From NCBI GenBank assembly GCA_963777955.1, contig CAVZSQ010000015.1, forward strand, positions 1 through 64,000: a stretch of 64,000 nt of DNA, written 5' to 3'. The translations under genes were made by a program, and so were the position numbers. The notes beneath the pieces were generated by a model that was given only the letters and a program-made list of their open reading frames with translations, was not told the origin of the DNA and ran no database searches. Shown piece by piece: positions 32,283 through 43,598 of this stretch (its first letter is position 1; every line of letters begins with the position of its first letter). Source of the stretch: Calditrichia bacterium (GTDB lineage Bacteria; Calditrichota; Calditrichia; JAJRVZ01).

Positions 32283-35200
32283 ATGAAACTTGCCGATGTC
32301 TCGATTGAACGTCCCGTCTTCGCTACGATGATGATCTTTGCTCTGATCGTATTGGGCTGGTTCTCCTACCTGAAACTGAATATCGACCAGTTCCCCGACA
32401 TAGATTTTCCCTATGTGACTGTGACCACGATCCTGCCCGGTGCGGGTCCTGAACAAATTGAAACGGATGTCACTAAAAAAATAGAGGACGCAGTCAACAC
32501 CATCGGTGGTATAGATCATATCCAGTCGATTTCGCAGGAAGGTGTTTCCTTCGTGATCGTGCAGTTTAAACTGGAAGTCAGCGGTAAAGATGCGGCCCAG
32601 GATGTGCGCGAAAAAATTTCGGCAGTACGGGCCAATCTGCCGGCGGATATCGAAGATCCGATCATCCAGCGCATCGATCCTGCCAGCCAACCGATATTTA
32701 CCCTGACCGTATCCGGCGCACGGTCTGAAAAGGATATCACCACCTTCACAAAAAATGTCATAAAAAAACGGCTGGAGAATGTTAGCGGAGTGGGCCGGGT
32801 TGATTTGATCGGTGGTGCCGAACGGGAAATTCAAATCGAGGTCGACGCCGCCTCACTACGTGCATATAATCTGTCCATCCAGGATGTGATCCAGAGTGTC
32901 GGCTCGGCCAATGTGGAAATTCCAGCCGGCAACCTGGTCCAGGGACCGCGTCAATTGTTGCTGCGTACCATGGGTAAATACACCAGGGTAGAAGATTTTA
33001 AAAACGTGGTAGTAGCCACACCCGGGGGCAAAATAGTCTATCTGGCCGATGTGGCCCGGGTGATCGATGGGGTGGAGGAGCAGCAGAGTTTATCGCGGGT
33101 CAATGGCCAGAGTGCCGTCGGCTTGAGTATCCTGCGTCAATCCGGCAGCAACACAGTCAGGGTAGCAGAATCTATAACAGATCAGCTCGAGCGCGTTCGC
33201 CGCGAACTTCCAGCAGATTTGCAGATTACGGTCGCCAGGGATAATAGTGTTTTTATTCGCGATTCGGTCAATGATGTTATTTTTAATATTATTTATGGCG
33301 GTCTGTTTGCAGTTATCGTTGTTTTTCTTTTCCTGGCCAATCTCCGTTCCACGATTATCAGTGCTATAGCTCTGCCGACATCGATCATCGCCAGTTTTAT
33401 TATCATGTACGCCCTGGATTTTACTCTGAATATGATGTCCCTGTTAGCGCTCTCACTGGCCGTAGGTTTGCTGATCGATGATGCCATTGTAGTTATCGAA
33501 AATATTTACCGGCACATGCAGCAGGGTGAAACCCCCATGGAAGCCGCTAAAGCAGCATCCAGCGAAATCGGCCTGGCCGTGATGGCCACCACCTTCACCA
33601 TTATTGCCGTGTTTGTACCGGTTGCCTTTATACCCGGAATTGTCGGACGCTTTTTTTACCAGTTTGGCATTACCATATCGGTCTCAGTACTTGTTTCCTT
33701 ATTCGTTGCATTTACTTTGACGCCGATGCTGTCTTCGCGCTGGTTGCACCGGGAAGACGAAGAACTCACTCCGCAGGGGAATTTCCTGAATCAGGGGCTT
33801 TATTATTTTAATCACTTTTTTGAAATATTGAGTAACCGGTATCAAAAAGCCATCAACTGGTCGCTGGCCCATCGTAAACTGATCATCGGTAGTGCTCTTT
33901 TTGTGTTTTTCCTGAGTTTTTTCCTGATGCGTTTCCTGGGTACATCGTTTTTCCCCAGCACCGATCAGGGTGAGTTCACCATCAGTGTGACAGCTGCACC
34001 AGGCAGTTCACTGGAGCAAACCAGCCGCATCTGCAGCATGATCGAAGGTCTGGTCAAACAGAAACCTGAAGTAACCCTGATGCTCACTACCATTGGTGCC
34101 GGCAATGATCCGGTCACCAGGGGTAACATACTGGTAAAACTGCTCAGGAAAGACCAGCGCCGCAAGGGTGTCGAACAAATCATGGCAGAACTCAGACGGG
34201 AGGTGAGAAATATTCCGGGCGCTAAGTTTAGTCTGGGAACTCAACAGGGCTTCGCCGGCGGAAATAAACCGGTTATTATGAGCGTGCGCGGCGATGATCT
34301 GGAGACCCTGCAAAAACTTGCTGATAAAGTCGAGCGCATTGTCCACAGCACAGCCGGCGCGGCGGATATAGAGAACAGTTTTGAGACCTCCAAACCGGAG
34401 ATGCGTATTCTGATCGACCGTGAGAAAGCGTCGGATCTGGGCGTCAATGTAGGCTTGATCGCCTCAACCGCCCGCGCGATGGTCGACGGATTTGTCGCTA
34501 CCCAGTATCAGGAAGGGGATGAGCAATATGATGTGCGGGTCAGACTGAGCAAGCAGGATCGTACCTCTATTGATAATATCAATAACCTTACGATTAAGAG
34601 TAATAAAGACATCGGTAATAATCAGAAATTAATGATCCCAATCAGTTATGTTGCCGGAATCAGCCAGGGATCCGGGCCTTCCAAGATAAATCGCTTCGAT
34701 CGTCAGCGTGAAATCCGTATAGATGCTAATTTGTCCGGTGCATTGCTGGGGGAAGTACTTGCCGACATTCAAAAAAAGACACGCAATCTTGATCTGCCGG
34801 CCGGTTATGCCATTGGTGTGGTAGGGCAGGGACAAATGCAGGCGGAATCTTTTGCCAATATTTTACTTTCGCTGATTCTGGCTGTGTTGTTTGTCTATAT
34901 TGTGCTGGCTGCTCAGTTTGAAAGTTTCTCTTATCCTTTTGCCATCATGCTGGCTCTGCCCATGTCCCTGATCGGTGCGGTAATTGCCCTGCTGATCTTC
35001 GGCAGCGCCCTCTCGGTCATGTCCATGATCGGGATTATCATGCTGATGGGGCTGGTAACCAAGAACGGGATTCTGCTGGTGGATTATACCAATGTACTGC
35101 GGGATCGGGGATTTGCGCGAACCGAGGCGCTGATTAAAGCGGGTGCTACGCGGTTGCGGCCGATTCTGATGACAACTTTTGCCATGATCTTCGGGATGGT

Positions 35201-35393
35201 ACCGGTAGCCTTTTCGTTTGGGGAAGGCAGTGAGTTTCGTGCTCCCATGGGGCAGGCAGTGATCGGAGGTCTGATCACTTCCACGCTGCTGACCCTTTTT
35301 ATTGTACCGGTAGTATATTCTATCCTGGATGATCTGTCGCCGGGTAAAATTTCTCACTGGATCACCCGCTATCTGCTATTCAGGAAGAAATAA
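32283..35393 (+). CDS. RND efflux transporter permease (AcrB/AcrD/AcrF family)
   Basis: 1036 aa. SIERPVFA, GLLIDDAIVVIENI, GLVTKNGILLVD, RLRPILMTT. Confidence 0.95.
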   Translation: MKLADVSIERPVFATMMIFALIVLGWFSYLKLNIDQFPDIDFPYVTVTTILPGAGPEQIETDVTKKIEDAVNTIGGIDHIQSISQEGVSFVIVQFKLEVSGKDAAQDVREKISAVRANLPADIEDPIIQRIDPASQPIFTLTVSGARSEKDITTFTKNVIKKRLENVSGVGRVDLIGGAEREIQIEVDAASLRAYNLSIQDVIQSVGSANVEIPAGNLVQGPRQLLLRTMGKYTRVEDFKNVVVATPGGKIVYLADVARVIDGVEEQQSLSRVNGQSAVGLSILRQSGSNTVRVAESITDQLERVRRELPADLQITVARDNSVFIRDSVNDVIFNIIYGGLFAVIVVFLFLANLRSTIISAIALPTSIIASFIIMYALDFTLNMMSLLALSLAVGLLIDDAIVVIENIYRHMQQGETPMEAAKAASSEIGLAVMATTFTIIAVFVPVAFIPGIVGRFFYQFGITISVSVLVSLFVAFTLTPMLSSRWLHREDEELTPQGNFLNQGLYYFNHFFEILSNRYQKAINWSLAHRKLIIGSALFVFFLSFFLMRFLGTSFFPSTDQGEFTISVTAAPGSSLEQTSRICSMIEGLVKQKPEVTLMLTTIGAGNDPVTRGNILVKLLRKDQRRKGVEQIMAELRREVRNIPGAKFSLGTQQGFAGGNKPVIMSVRGDDLETLQKLADKVERIVHSTAGAADIENSFETSKPEMRILIDREKASDLGVNVGLIASTARAMVDGFVATQYQEGDEQYDVRVRLSKQDRTSIDNINNLTIKSNKDIGNNQKLMIPISYVAGISQGSGPSKINRFDRQREIRIDANLSGALLGEVLADIQKKTRNLDLPAGYAIGVVGQGQMQAESFANILLSLILAVLFVYIVLAAQFESFSYPFAIMLALPMSLIGAVIALLIFGSALSVMSMIGIIMLMGLVTKNGILLVDYTNVLRDRGFARTEALIKAGATRLRPILMTTFAMIFGMVPVAFSFGEGSEFRAPMGQAVIGGLITSTLLTLFIVPVVYSILDDLSPGKISHWITRYLLFRKK

Positions 35394-35408
35394 GGAAGGG
35401 AACAATTT

Positions 35409-35708
35409 ATGAAAATAGCATTTCTGGTCTGTAATGAGGTGTACTCGGCGAGGATAACCGAGATTTTCGCCAAGACCCGGATTGATTATTATACCTCCTG
35501 GGAGCAGGTGAAAGGTAAGGGGCATGGAACACAACCGCATCTGGGCACACGCAGTTTTCCCGGCATGAATGTTGTTTTCATGATCGCTTTCGAGGAAGAA
35601 TCTCCGCTGACCGATTTAATTCAGGAAATTAAACTGGCCAACGAACAAATCCATCGTCCCGATGACCGGATCCGCTTATTCCAGGTGCCGCTGGAGAAAA
35701 TAGTTTAA
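35409..35708 (+). CDS. PII-like (PG0541-type) transporter-associated small protein
   Basis: 99 aa directly after the RND gene. YTSWEQVKGKGHGTQPHLGT..PGMN pattern. Confidence 0.65.
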   Translation: MKIAFLVCNEVYSARITEIFAKTRIDYYTSWEQVKGKGHGTQPHLGTRSFPGMNVVFMIAFEEESPLTDLIQEIKLANEQIHRPDDRIRLFQVPLEKIV

Positions 35709-35754
35709 AGGATATTCTCGGTTACACGGATGCATTCAATAAGTATGAGACCTT

Positions 35755-36489
35755 ATGCCAGGTATCTCAATTATAATTCCAGCCTACAATGAACAGGAAA
35801 ATATCCGGGCCGGAAGACTGTCAGAAGTTGCCGGCTGGTTGAAAACTTATCCCGCTGCTGGCGAATTGATAGTAGTGAATGATGGCAGTACAGATGCCAC
35901 AGTCACATTAGCCGGCTCAATAGCCGGACGGGTGATTTCAATACCCCACTCAGGCAAGGCCGCGGCCTTGATGGCCGGTATGACGGCGGCGCTGCACGAT
36001 CATATAATTTTTTTGGATATGGATCAGGCTACTCCGATTACAGAAGCCGACAAACTTTTAAAAGTTCTGGAAAAATCAGTTGATATCGTTGTGGGCAGCC
36101 GGGGCCTGCTGCGCAGGCATGCGCCCTTGAGCAGGTACGTTTTGAGTGTAGGGCATGTTTTTTTCCGGCGTCTGCTGCTGAGCTTGTCATTTCTCGATAC
36201 GCAGTGCGGGTTCAAAGCCTGCACCAGGCAAGCGGCCCGCGAGATTATGAATCATTTGATAGTTTATAATCCCGCGACCATGACACCAGTCAAAGGTTCC
36301 CGGGTGAACAGCGGATTCGATGCAGAATTTCTTTTAGTCGGATTTTGCCGGGGCTTCAGAATTGCCGAGGTACCGGTACATTGGAATTATCAGCAGACCC
36401 GCAGGACCAATCTGTTCAGGGAAGCCTGGTACGGCCTGCAGGATCTATTCGCCATTGCCTGGCAGAAAATGAGGGGAAATTACAGGTAA
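35755..36489 (+). CDS. Glycosyltransferase family 2 (dolichyl-phosphate glycosyltransferase-like)
   Basis: SIIIPAYNE, VVNDGSTD, FLDMD, DTQCGFK, IAEVPVHW. Confidence 0.9.
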   Translation: MPGISIIIPAYNEQENIRAGRLSEVAGWLKTYPAAGELIVVNDGSTDATVTLAGSIAGRVISIPHSGKAAALMAGMTAALHDHIIFLDMDQATPITEADKLLKVLEKSVDIVVGSRGLLRRHAPLSRYVLSVGHVFFRRLLLSLSFLDTQCGFKACTRQAAREIMNHLIVYNPATMTPVKGSRVNSGFDAEFLLVGFCRGFRIAEVPVHWNYQQTRRTNLFREAWYGLQDLFAIAWQKMRGNYR

Positions 36490-36620
36490 AGGGCCAGTCG
36501 GGATTAGTACTGTTTAAGTACAGCAACTTTTATATTGTGCCTGCGTACTTCACAAATATAGATCTTATATTTTTATTAAAAATCTGTTGGTGAAATCAAT
36601 TTCAGCGGAATATAAGGATT

Positions 36621-37121
36621 CTATTTAAAAGGGTCTTTCTCGAACAGCAAGCGGATTCCTTTTTGCAGCGGAGCTAACAGTTCTGATTTATCAATACAGA
36701 ACATAAACCGTTTAAACCGCTTGAGACTCCATTTTTCATAATGGAATATGACATATAACAATTGAAAAATTTTTGGATAATCTCCGGAGATGGCATATTC
36801 TTCACACAAGGCAATTATAATCGGATCATTCTGCAGTTCAAAATCGAGAGGGCAAGTGGAGACCCGGTAATAATCCGGAAAGGACAGAATATCCCCGCCT
36901 TTGGTAAGGTACTCTTCGAATGAATCAAGAATTTCTAATTTATTATTTACAGATATATTCGACATCTTTTTTGACCATTTCTTCCTTGGCACATATATAA
37001 TCGGCGGGAATCGGCTGTGCATAAGGTCTAATGGTCTGATTCTGTCCATAATGAAAAACCCCACATGAAAATATGTGGGGTGAGGGCTTGGGAAAGATTT
37101 ATTGTAGGTACCTATAATCAT
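36621..37121 (-). CDS. Hypothetical protein (start uncertain)
   Basis: 166-aa ORF filling an otherwise empty gap; no recognisable motif. Confidence 0.4.
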   Translation of the reverse strand: MIIGTYNKSFPSPHPTYFHVGFFIMDRIRPLDLMHSRFPPIIYVPRKKWSKKMSNISVNNKLEILDSFEEYLTKGGDILSFPDYYRVSTCPLDFELQNDPIIIALCEEYAISGDYPKIFQLLYVIFHYEKWSLKRFKRFMFCIDKSELLAPLQKGIRLLFEKDPFK

Positions 37122-37302
37122 CGTATGAAAGAGGCTGATATTAATAATTCTTCAGGCATCTGATCAGAAATTGTCCACCTTTTATTTCAGAATTAAAAAT
37201 ATCAATATTATTTAAAAAATAAGTTAAGAAACATGCTATTACGCCGATGGTATTTATGAATAATAATGCATAGAAGCATTTGGACTTTTGGAAAATATTT
37301 CA

Positions 37303-38361
37303 ATGATAATGGAAACAAAGGAAAAAGATCTTAACATCCGGCTGGAACCCCCGGTTAAAGAAGCCGGCGAGCAACGTGGTCGGAATGGTTTTCTGCCAAA
37401 AATATTGATTGTTGATGATGTGATCGATAATATCCGTTTGATCTCCAATATTCTCAATCGTCATAATTCTAGCTACTCAATCCGCTATGCTACCAATGGT
37501 GATGAAGCTCTGGAAATAGTCGACTCATTTACTCCTGATCTGATCATGCTGGATGTGGTCATGCCCGGCATGGACGGCTTTTCAGTATGCCGGACTTTAA
37601 AAGAAAATTCCCTGACCCGGCTGATCCCGGTTGTGATGATTACGGCGCTGGACAGTCAGCAAGACCGCTTAAAAGGTTTGGAAGCAGGAGTAGATGATTT
37701 CATCTCCAAACCGTTCAATGTTTATGAACTCCTGGCCCGGGTTAAAAATTTGCTGAAGTTACGGAGTTACATCAGTGAGCTGGAACATGCCGAGCAGGTA
37801 ATTTTCAGTTTAGCCAGAGCTGTTGAAGCAAAAGATAAATACACCGAAGGCCATTGTGAACGGCTCTCCGTTCTGGCTCAGCGTATCGGAGAAGAATTAA
37901 GCCTGGCTGAACAGGAAATAACCATACTGAAACGAGGCGGTATTTTACATGATATAGGTAAAATCGCCATCGATGATTCAATTTTGCAAAAAGAAGGGCC
38001 GTTAACAGCTGCAGAAATTCAGATTATCAGAACCCATCCGGAGATCGGCGAGAATATTTGCCGACCGTTGAAAACTCTGCAGCCGCTTCTGCCGATGATT
38101 CGTTTTCATCAGGAGCGCTATGATGGCAGCGGATATCCGGACGGTCTTAAAGGGGAGCAGATCCCCTTATTGGCCCGCATCATCGGAATAGTTGATTCTT
38201 TTGATGCTTTAACCACGGATCGTCCCTACCGCAAAGCGATTCCGGTTATGGAAGCATTACAGATCATGGAAAAAGAGACTCAACTTGGATTATGGGATCC
38301 TAAAATCTTTGAAATTATGAAAACCATCGTCTCCCGGGAAGATTTTACTTTAACTGTCTGA
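37303..38361 (+). CDS. Response regulator with an HD-GYP phosphodiesterase domain
   Basis: REC (ILIVDD, MLDVVMPGMDG); EAKDKYTEGHCER, LHDIGK, HQERYDGSGYP, DALTTDRPYR. Confidence 0.92.
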   Translation: MIMETKEKDLNIRLEPPVKEAGEQRGRNGFLPKILIVDDVIDNIRLISNILNRHNSSYSIRYATNGDEALEIVDSFTPDLIMLDVVMPGMDGFSVCRTLKENSLTRLIPVVMITALDSQQDRLKGLEAGVDDFISKPFNVYELLARVKNLLKLRSYISELEHAEQVIFSLARAVEAKDKYTEGHCERLSVLAQRIGEELSLAEQEITILKRGGILHDIGKIAIDDSILQKEGPLTAAEIQIIRTHPEIGENICRPLKTLQPLLPMIRFHQERYDGSGYPDGLKGEQIPLLARIIGIVDSFDALTTDRPYRKAIPVMEALQIMEKETQLGLWDPKIFEIMKTIVSREDFTLTV

Positions 38362-38496
38362 CCGGATCTAATTCACCTTCCTTATTCATTAGTTTGTATG
38401 CAATCTATAATTTGCTTGTAAATTTTTAACAAATTATTTATCTTGGAAAACCATAGTTATTTTACTAAGTTTTATTAATTTAAGTGTGGAGAAGAC

Positions 38497-38814
38497 ATGC
38501 GTCTGATTGTAGTATTCATTTGGATAATCGTAGGTTCGATTATCCTCTGGTTTTTTGCCATCAATCAGGGCCAACATGTTTCTATCGATTTTGTTAAAGT
38601 CAGATACGAAAATGTTGATCTGATTGTAGTTATTTTTCTCTCTTTTTTTGTCGGACTGATTGTCGGTGCCATTATCATATCATCCTTCGTGGTCAAAAGC
38701 AAGTCTGAAGTCAGGGCTTTAAAACGTGAACAGAATAAGTTGATCAGGGAATTGGATGGTTTACGCAACATGTCAATCGATGAATTACCCGAAGCTGGTA
38801 CACATAGTGATTAA
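38497..38814 (+). CDS. LapA-family (DUF1049) membrane protein
   Basis: Two TM helices with FAINQ and a C-terminal coiled coil; directly precedes a LapB-like gene. Confidence 0.7.
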   Translation: MRLIVVFIWIIVGSIILWFFAINQGQHVSIDFVKVRYENVDLIVVIFLSFFVGLIVGAIIISSFVVKSKSEVRALKREQNKLIRELDGLRNMSIDELPEAGTHSD

Positions 38815-38848
38815 AGTACGAATATTGATTAAATCTTAGGATTGAAGT

Positions 38849-39955
38849 ATGGGCTCTTCATTTGTTTTTGAATTCTGGTTGTTCATTTTAATACTGGCAG
38901 TTCTTTCCCTGGCGGTGCTTTATCTTTATTATTCGCGTAAACGAACCACCGAGCAGGAAAACCATTCCTACCTGAACGGACTCAAATATCTGTGCGAAGG
39001 AGAAAATCGTCTGGCCCTGGAAAAATTCAAGCAGGCTGTGCGTACAGACTCTGAGAATATTGACGCCTATATAAAAATTGGGAATATCCTGCGCACCGAA
39101 GGATTGTTGACCAATGCCACCCGGGTGCATAAAGACCTGACTCTGCGCGGGAATTTGTCGGAAGAAGATGATATCAGGGTAAAACAGAACCTGGCTCTCG
39201 ATTATTTGCAGGCAAAAAGTATCGATAAAGCGGAAAAATTTCTGGAAGAGTTAAAAGGGATTAAAGCAGTGTATGACTGGGTCACACCTCACCTGGTACA
39301 GATATATGAACAGAGGAGCGAATGGCGCCTGGCCTTCGAATTGTACGAGAAATCCGCACTGGCCCAGACCGATGAGGGGAAGAAAAAATTAGCGGGTTAT
39401 AAGGTAAAAGAAGGATTGGGTCTGGTTAAGGCGGGCGATGAAAAAGCAAGCCGGATTCAATTCAAAGAAGCCTTAAAGGTGAATACAAAATGTGCTCCGG
39501 CTTATCTGGCGCTGGGTGATTCTTATTGGCGGGAAGGACGGACCAATGATGCTATCGCTGCCTGGTCGGAATTGTGCAATAAAATTCCCGATAAAGCACA
39601 TTATACATTTGACCGCCTGGAAAAAGCCTGGTTTGAGAAAGGTCAGTTCAGTAAACTCGAACAGTTTTATATCAATTTTTTAATCGAACATGAGGATAAT
39701 CTGGAAGCACGTATCGCCCTTTCTGAGATCTATCGCAAAAAAGGGGAGTATGCGGATGCCATAAAACTGCTGCAGTATCAACACAAAAAAGAGGTGGATC
39801 TGGAATTGATAAAAGCGCAGCAGATCAGAGTTTTAAACGATAAGAATCAGGTCAAAGAAGCTCTCAAACTATCACTGGATATTGTGGAGAAAAAAATTCA
39901 GGACAATCTGGACAAGAAAAACCAGGAATTGCTTGAATTCTCGATTCCGGTATAA
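38849..39955 (+). CDS. LapB/YciM-like TPR membrane protein
   Basis: N-terminal TM, YLNGLKYL, IGNILRTEG...ATRVHKDL, LALDY, TPR repeats. Confidence 0.75.
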   Translation: MGSSFVFEFWLFILILAVLSLAVLYLYYSRKRTTEQENHSYLNGLKYLCEGENRLALEKFKQAVRTDSENIDAYIKIGNILRTEGLLTNATRVHKDLTLRGNLSEEDDIRVKQNLALDYLQAKSIDKAEKFLEELKGIKAVYDWVTPHLVQIYEQRSEWRLAFELYEKSALAQTDEGKKKLAGYKVKEGLGLVKAGDEKASRIQFKEALKVNTKCAPAYLALGDSYWREGRTNDAIAAWSELCNKIPDKAHYTFDRLEKAWFEKGQFSKLEQFYINFLIEHEDNLEARIALSEIYRKKGEYADAIKLLQYQHKKEVDLELIKAQQIRVLNDKNQVKEALKLSLDIVEKKIQDNLDKKNQELLEFSIPV

Positions 39956-39966
39956 AATTCAAAAAA

Positions 39967-40638
39967 ATGACTTCACCCGTTAGACGATTAGGCTTTTTAA
40001 TCCTGTTGCTGGGATTTATTGTACTGGACCAGTTGACGGCACAGGATTTCTCTGAATTGTATGCAATGTATCAGCAAAAGAATTTTAGCGCTCTGCAACA
40101 GAAAACACAGCAGTTGGCCGGGCAGTATCCGCAGCAGGATGAAATCCGGTTCTTCCAGGCGCTGTTTTTTGAAAATGGCGAAGAAGCCGTCAAAATTTAC
40201 GAACAGTTATATCTGCGGGCCACAGGCGCGCTGAAGAATGAACTGAGTAAAAAGTTGTCCCAGTATTACTATGCGCGGGGATTATATGTGCGTGCCGCTG
40301 AATTTGATAAAACCCCCGCAGTGCCCGGCCTGATCCCCTCGGTTGCCGTTCCGCACATAAGTAATACTGCCGGTAAACCGGCCGCTAAACCAATCCAGGA
40401 CAGAGAAAAGAATTATATTATTCAGGTCGGTGCATTCGGCGAGGAAGAGAATGCCCGGCAGTTGCAGCAGAGCCTGCAGGCACAGAAGTTCGAATCACGA
40501 ATTGTAGAACGGGTGGTTAATGAACGCAACCTTTATTGCGTTTGGGTTAACGGAGGTAATTCACTGGATGAAACGCTGCGCCTGGCTGATAAGATCAAAA
40601 ATCGATGCAAATTAGAATACCGTATATTAAAAAACTAA
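39967..40638 (+). CDS. SPOR-domain protein
   Basis: Signal peptide; C-terminal YIIQVGAFGEEENA...LYCVWV. Confidence 0.85.
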   Translation: MTSPVRRLGFLILLLGFIVLDQLTAQDFSELYAMYQQKNFSALQQKTQQLAGQYPQQDEIRFFQALFFENGEEAVKIYEQLYLRATGALKNELSKKLSQYYYARGLYVRAAEFDKTPAVPGLIPSVAVPHISNTAGKPAAKPIQDREKNYIIQVGAFGEEENARQLQQSLQAQKFESRIVERVVNERNLYCVWVNGGNSLDETLRLADKIKNRCKLEYRILKN

Positions 40639-40648
40639 AAGGGTTGTT

Positions 40649-41326
40649 ATGGACGTTACGCTGTTAAGAGCCATTCCTCTTTTTTCAGAACTCCGCGATG
40701 AGGATTTACGTGAAATCACCAAGGTCTCGCTCCATCAGGAATTTAAAAAAGAAAACATGATCCTGATCGAAGAGGAGATCGGTTCTACCATGTTCATCAT
40801 TCTGACCGGCCGTGTCAAAATATCGCGCATCAGCGATGAGGGGCGGGAAGTGATCCTGTCTATTTTAAGCGAAGGTGATTTTTTTGGGGAAATGTCCCTG
40901 CTGGACGGGCAGACCCGTTCTGCCAACGTGGTTACTCTGGATGATTCGGATATTCTCATCATCCGGCGGGAAAACTTTCTGAAGATGCTGCATGATTATC
41001 CTCAAATCGCCATTAACCTGCTTAAAGAACTTGCCCATCGCCTGCGACGTTCCGATGCGCAGATAAAAAGTCTGTCTCTGCAGAATGCCACCGGTAAAGT
41101 CGCCAGTACGCTGCTGCGTATTGCCGACGATTCCGGTAAAATCTGCAAGGGACAGGTGGAAATTCCCCATCTGCCGCCCCAGCAGGATCTGGCTAATATG
41201 GCCGGCACCAGCAGAGAAACGATATCACGGGTTCTGAAATCACTCAGTAAAAAAGGTTATCTCAAACGTGAAGGCAATCATCTGATTATTCTGGATTATG
41301 AAACATTTCGGAATGATTTTTCCTGA
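40649..41326 (+). CDS. Crp/Fnr-family transcriptional regulator
   Basis: GDFFGEMSLLD..RSANV cNMP-binding site; QQDLANMAGTSRETISR helix-turn-helix. Confidence 0.93.
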   Translation: MDVTLLRAIPLFSELRDEDLREITKVSLHQEFKKENMILIEEEIGSTMFIILTGRVKISRISDEGREVILSILSEGDFFGEMSLLDGQTRSANVVTLDDSDILIIRRENFLKMLHDYPQIAINLLKELAHRLRRSDAQIKSLSLQNATGKVASTLLRIADDSGKICKGQVEIPHLPPQQDLANMAGTSRETISRVLKSLSKKGYLKREGNHLIILDYETFRNDFS

Positions 41327-41328
41327 GT

Positions 41329-43441
41329 ATGAGCGATTCCTCCTTAATAAATATTGCTGTAATCACCAACCATAATAAGCGTTTTACAGAATTAAAATCA
41401 AAAATACACAAAACGCGGGCCCTGCTGAGATCGCTGACTTTTAATGAAGTATATCTGGATCGCCTGGGGCCGGGACCTTTCGATATCCTGATCATAGATT
41501 ACCCTTCTTTTACTAACGTGGAGTTAAAGGAAATTTTCAGACTGCGCAATAAGCGCATATACGGCAAAACTCCTTTCCTGTTCATCCTGAATCAGGAGCA
41601 AAGTGCGAATCAACCTGAAATCTATAATGATCCCAACAGCAGTTTCCTGTTTGATCCCTTCACAGACTTTCAACTACTGGTGCAGATTCGCCATCTGGTT
41701 TATTCGAGTCAACTGGAAAAACAGGTATATTCCTATGACGATGTGCTGGAAAGTGAAAAAAAATTGATCCATTACCTCGATACCATCCTGCAAATTCCGG
41801 CGCTCAGTCAATGTCAATCCATTCCGGAATTCTTCTATATCGTCCAGACCCAATTCAGTCCGCGGATGGAATTGACCTTTTCAGTCGAATCCGTCATATT
41901 CCTGGAATATAATCCGGAAGAAGACACGCTGCTGTTGTACCGCTACGGCAGCAAAAAGGAGGAACTGAAGAGTAAAATTTCTTTTTCACTGAATAATTCC
42001 AAAGCCAAGAATGCTTTTTTACATAATCATCCGCTGGTGTTCGAGAACCAAATGCTGCTGGATCCTTTTATTCAGGAACTGGAAGAGGCGGTCGGTTTCT
42101 CGATCAATACTATGATTTTTGCCCCGCTGACACTTTTTCATCAAGCCAAGGGCGGTTTCGCCCTGATTAACAAATTATACCGCAAATCTTTTTCGGAGAA
42201 TGATTTAGCCTCTGGCACTGATTACTGTCCAGAAACTGGTATTCCAACTTGAATCTATCCACCTGCATTCCCTGGATATGCAGAGTTTTGAACAACTGCA
42301 TGATTATAAATTTAAATTAATGGAGAATGCCGCAGAACAGGATATCTACCGGGATATATTTAATTCCATTCATTTCGGTTTCCTGATATTTAACAACCAG
42401 AACAAGATAATCTATATTAACAAATTTGCCATGCAGGCCCTGGATGTACGGTCTGATCAGGATCTGTTTCTTGACAGGATAATCGGAACCGAAGCAGCCG
42501 ATGAGTTAAAAAAGAAAATCAACAGTGAAGAATTACCCTCGTTACGCCAGGAGACGACGGTCACCCTGTTGAATAATAAACCTTTTTATATGGGATATTC
42601 CCTGTACCGGATCTTCGATAAAAACCGGCCCGAGCACTATGCGATGACCTTCCTGGAAATTTCTCATACCAAGAGGTTGCAGGCAGAAATAATCAGAATG
42701 GACCGCATGGCTTCGCTGGGGGTGCTGGCTTCCGGTGTAGCCCACGAGATCAGGAATCCTCTGGCCGGTATTAAAGCCATGGCCCAGACCCTGAAAGAGG
42801 AGTTGGCGGAAAACGATTCCCGTGCTGAATATGCCGAGCGTATTGTACGGCAGGTTAATCGTCTGGACGAATTACTCAAGTCTTTTTTTTCCTACGCCAA
42901 ACCAAAACGCCCGGATCCGGTACGCTGCGGTATCCCGGATATTGTCCATGAAGTATTACCGCTGTTTAATCGCCGTATCAAAGAAAATCAGATTATAGTC
43001 AAGGAAACGTATTCACCGGATTTAAAGGAAGTTTTTGTCGATTTTCATCAGGTCGAACAGGTTATTTTTAATCTATTGGATAATGCCATTGACGCGATGA
43101 AAGACGGCGGTATCCTGACCATTTATGCTCATCTGCCGGAAGATATTCAACCGTTGATCGACCGGCGCCGCCGCAGTCCAAAACTATTCTCCGATATTTT
43201 TAATGAGATCCTTATATCGGATACGGGTACGGGAATGGATACAATTACCCTGAATAGCATTTATAATCCCTTTTTTACCACCAAGCCGACCGGTACCGGT
43301 CTTGGTTTATCCATTGTTTACCAGATTATTCAGGAACACGGTGGACAAATCACCGTAGAGAGTGAAAAGGGCAGGGGCACCACTTTCCGTATTTTATTAC
43401 CCGTATATATTGAAAAAGAAGCAGAACCAACCGGCGCTTGA
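41329..43441 (+). CDS. Sensor histidine kinase (pseudo-REC, GAF, PAS, NtrB-type kinase); one gene split by an indel near 42211
   Basis: LINK..FSENDL continues as LALITVQKLVFQLE in the frame of ORF 42278. GVAHEIRNPL, NPFFTTKPTGTGLGL. Confidence 0.85.
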
Positions 43442-43598
43442 TCCTCGATCCGGAGTTCGTCCCAATAATTTTGAATTAAACATGGAAATTATCTTTTTTC
43501 GCATGTCGAAAGCATGTAAATTTACCGGATAATTATAATCATTTGATTACTGAGATCAAAATTAACATAAAAGTTGAAAATATAACAGGAGGAAAACA

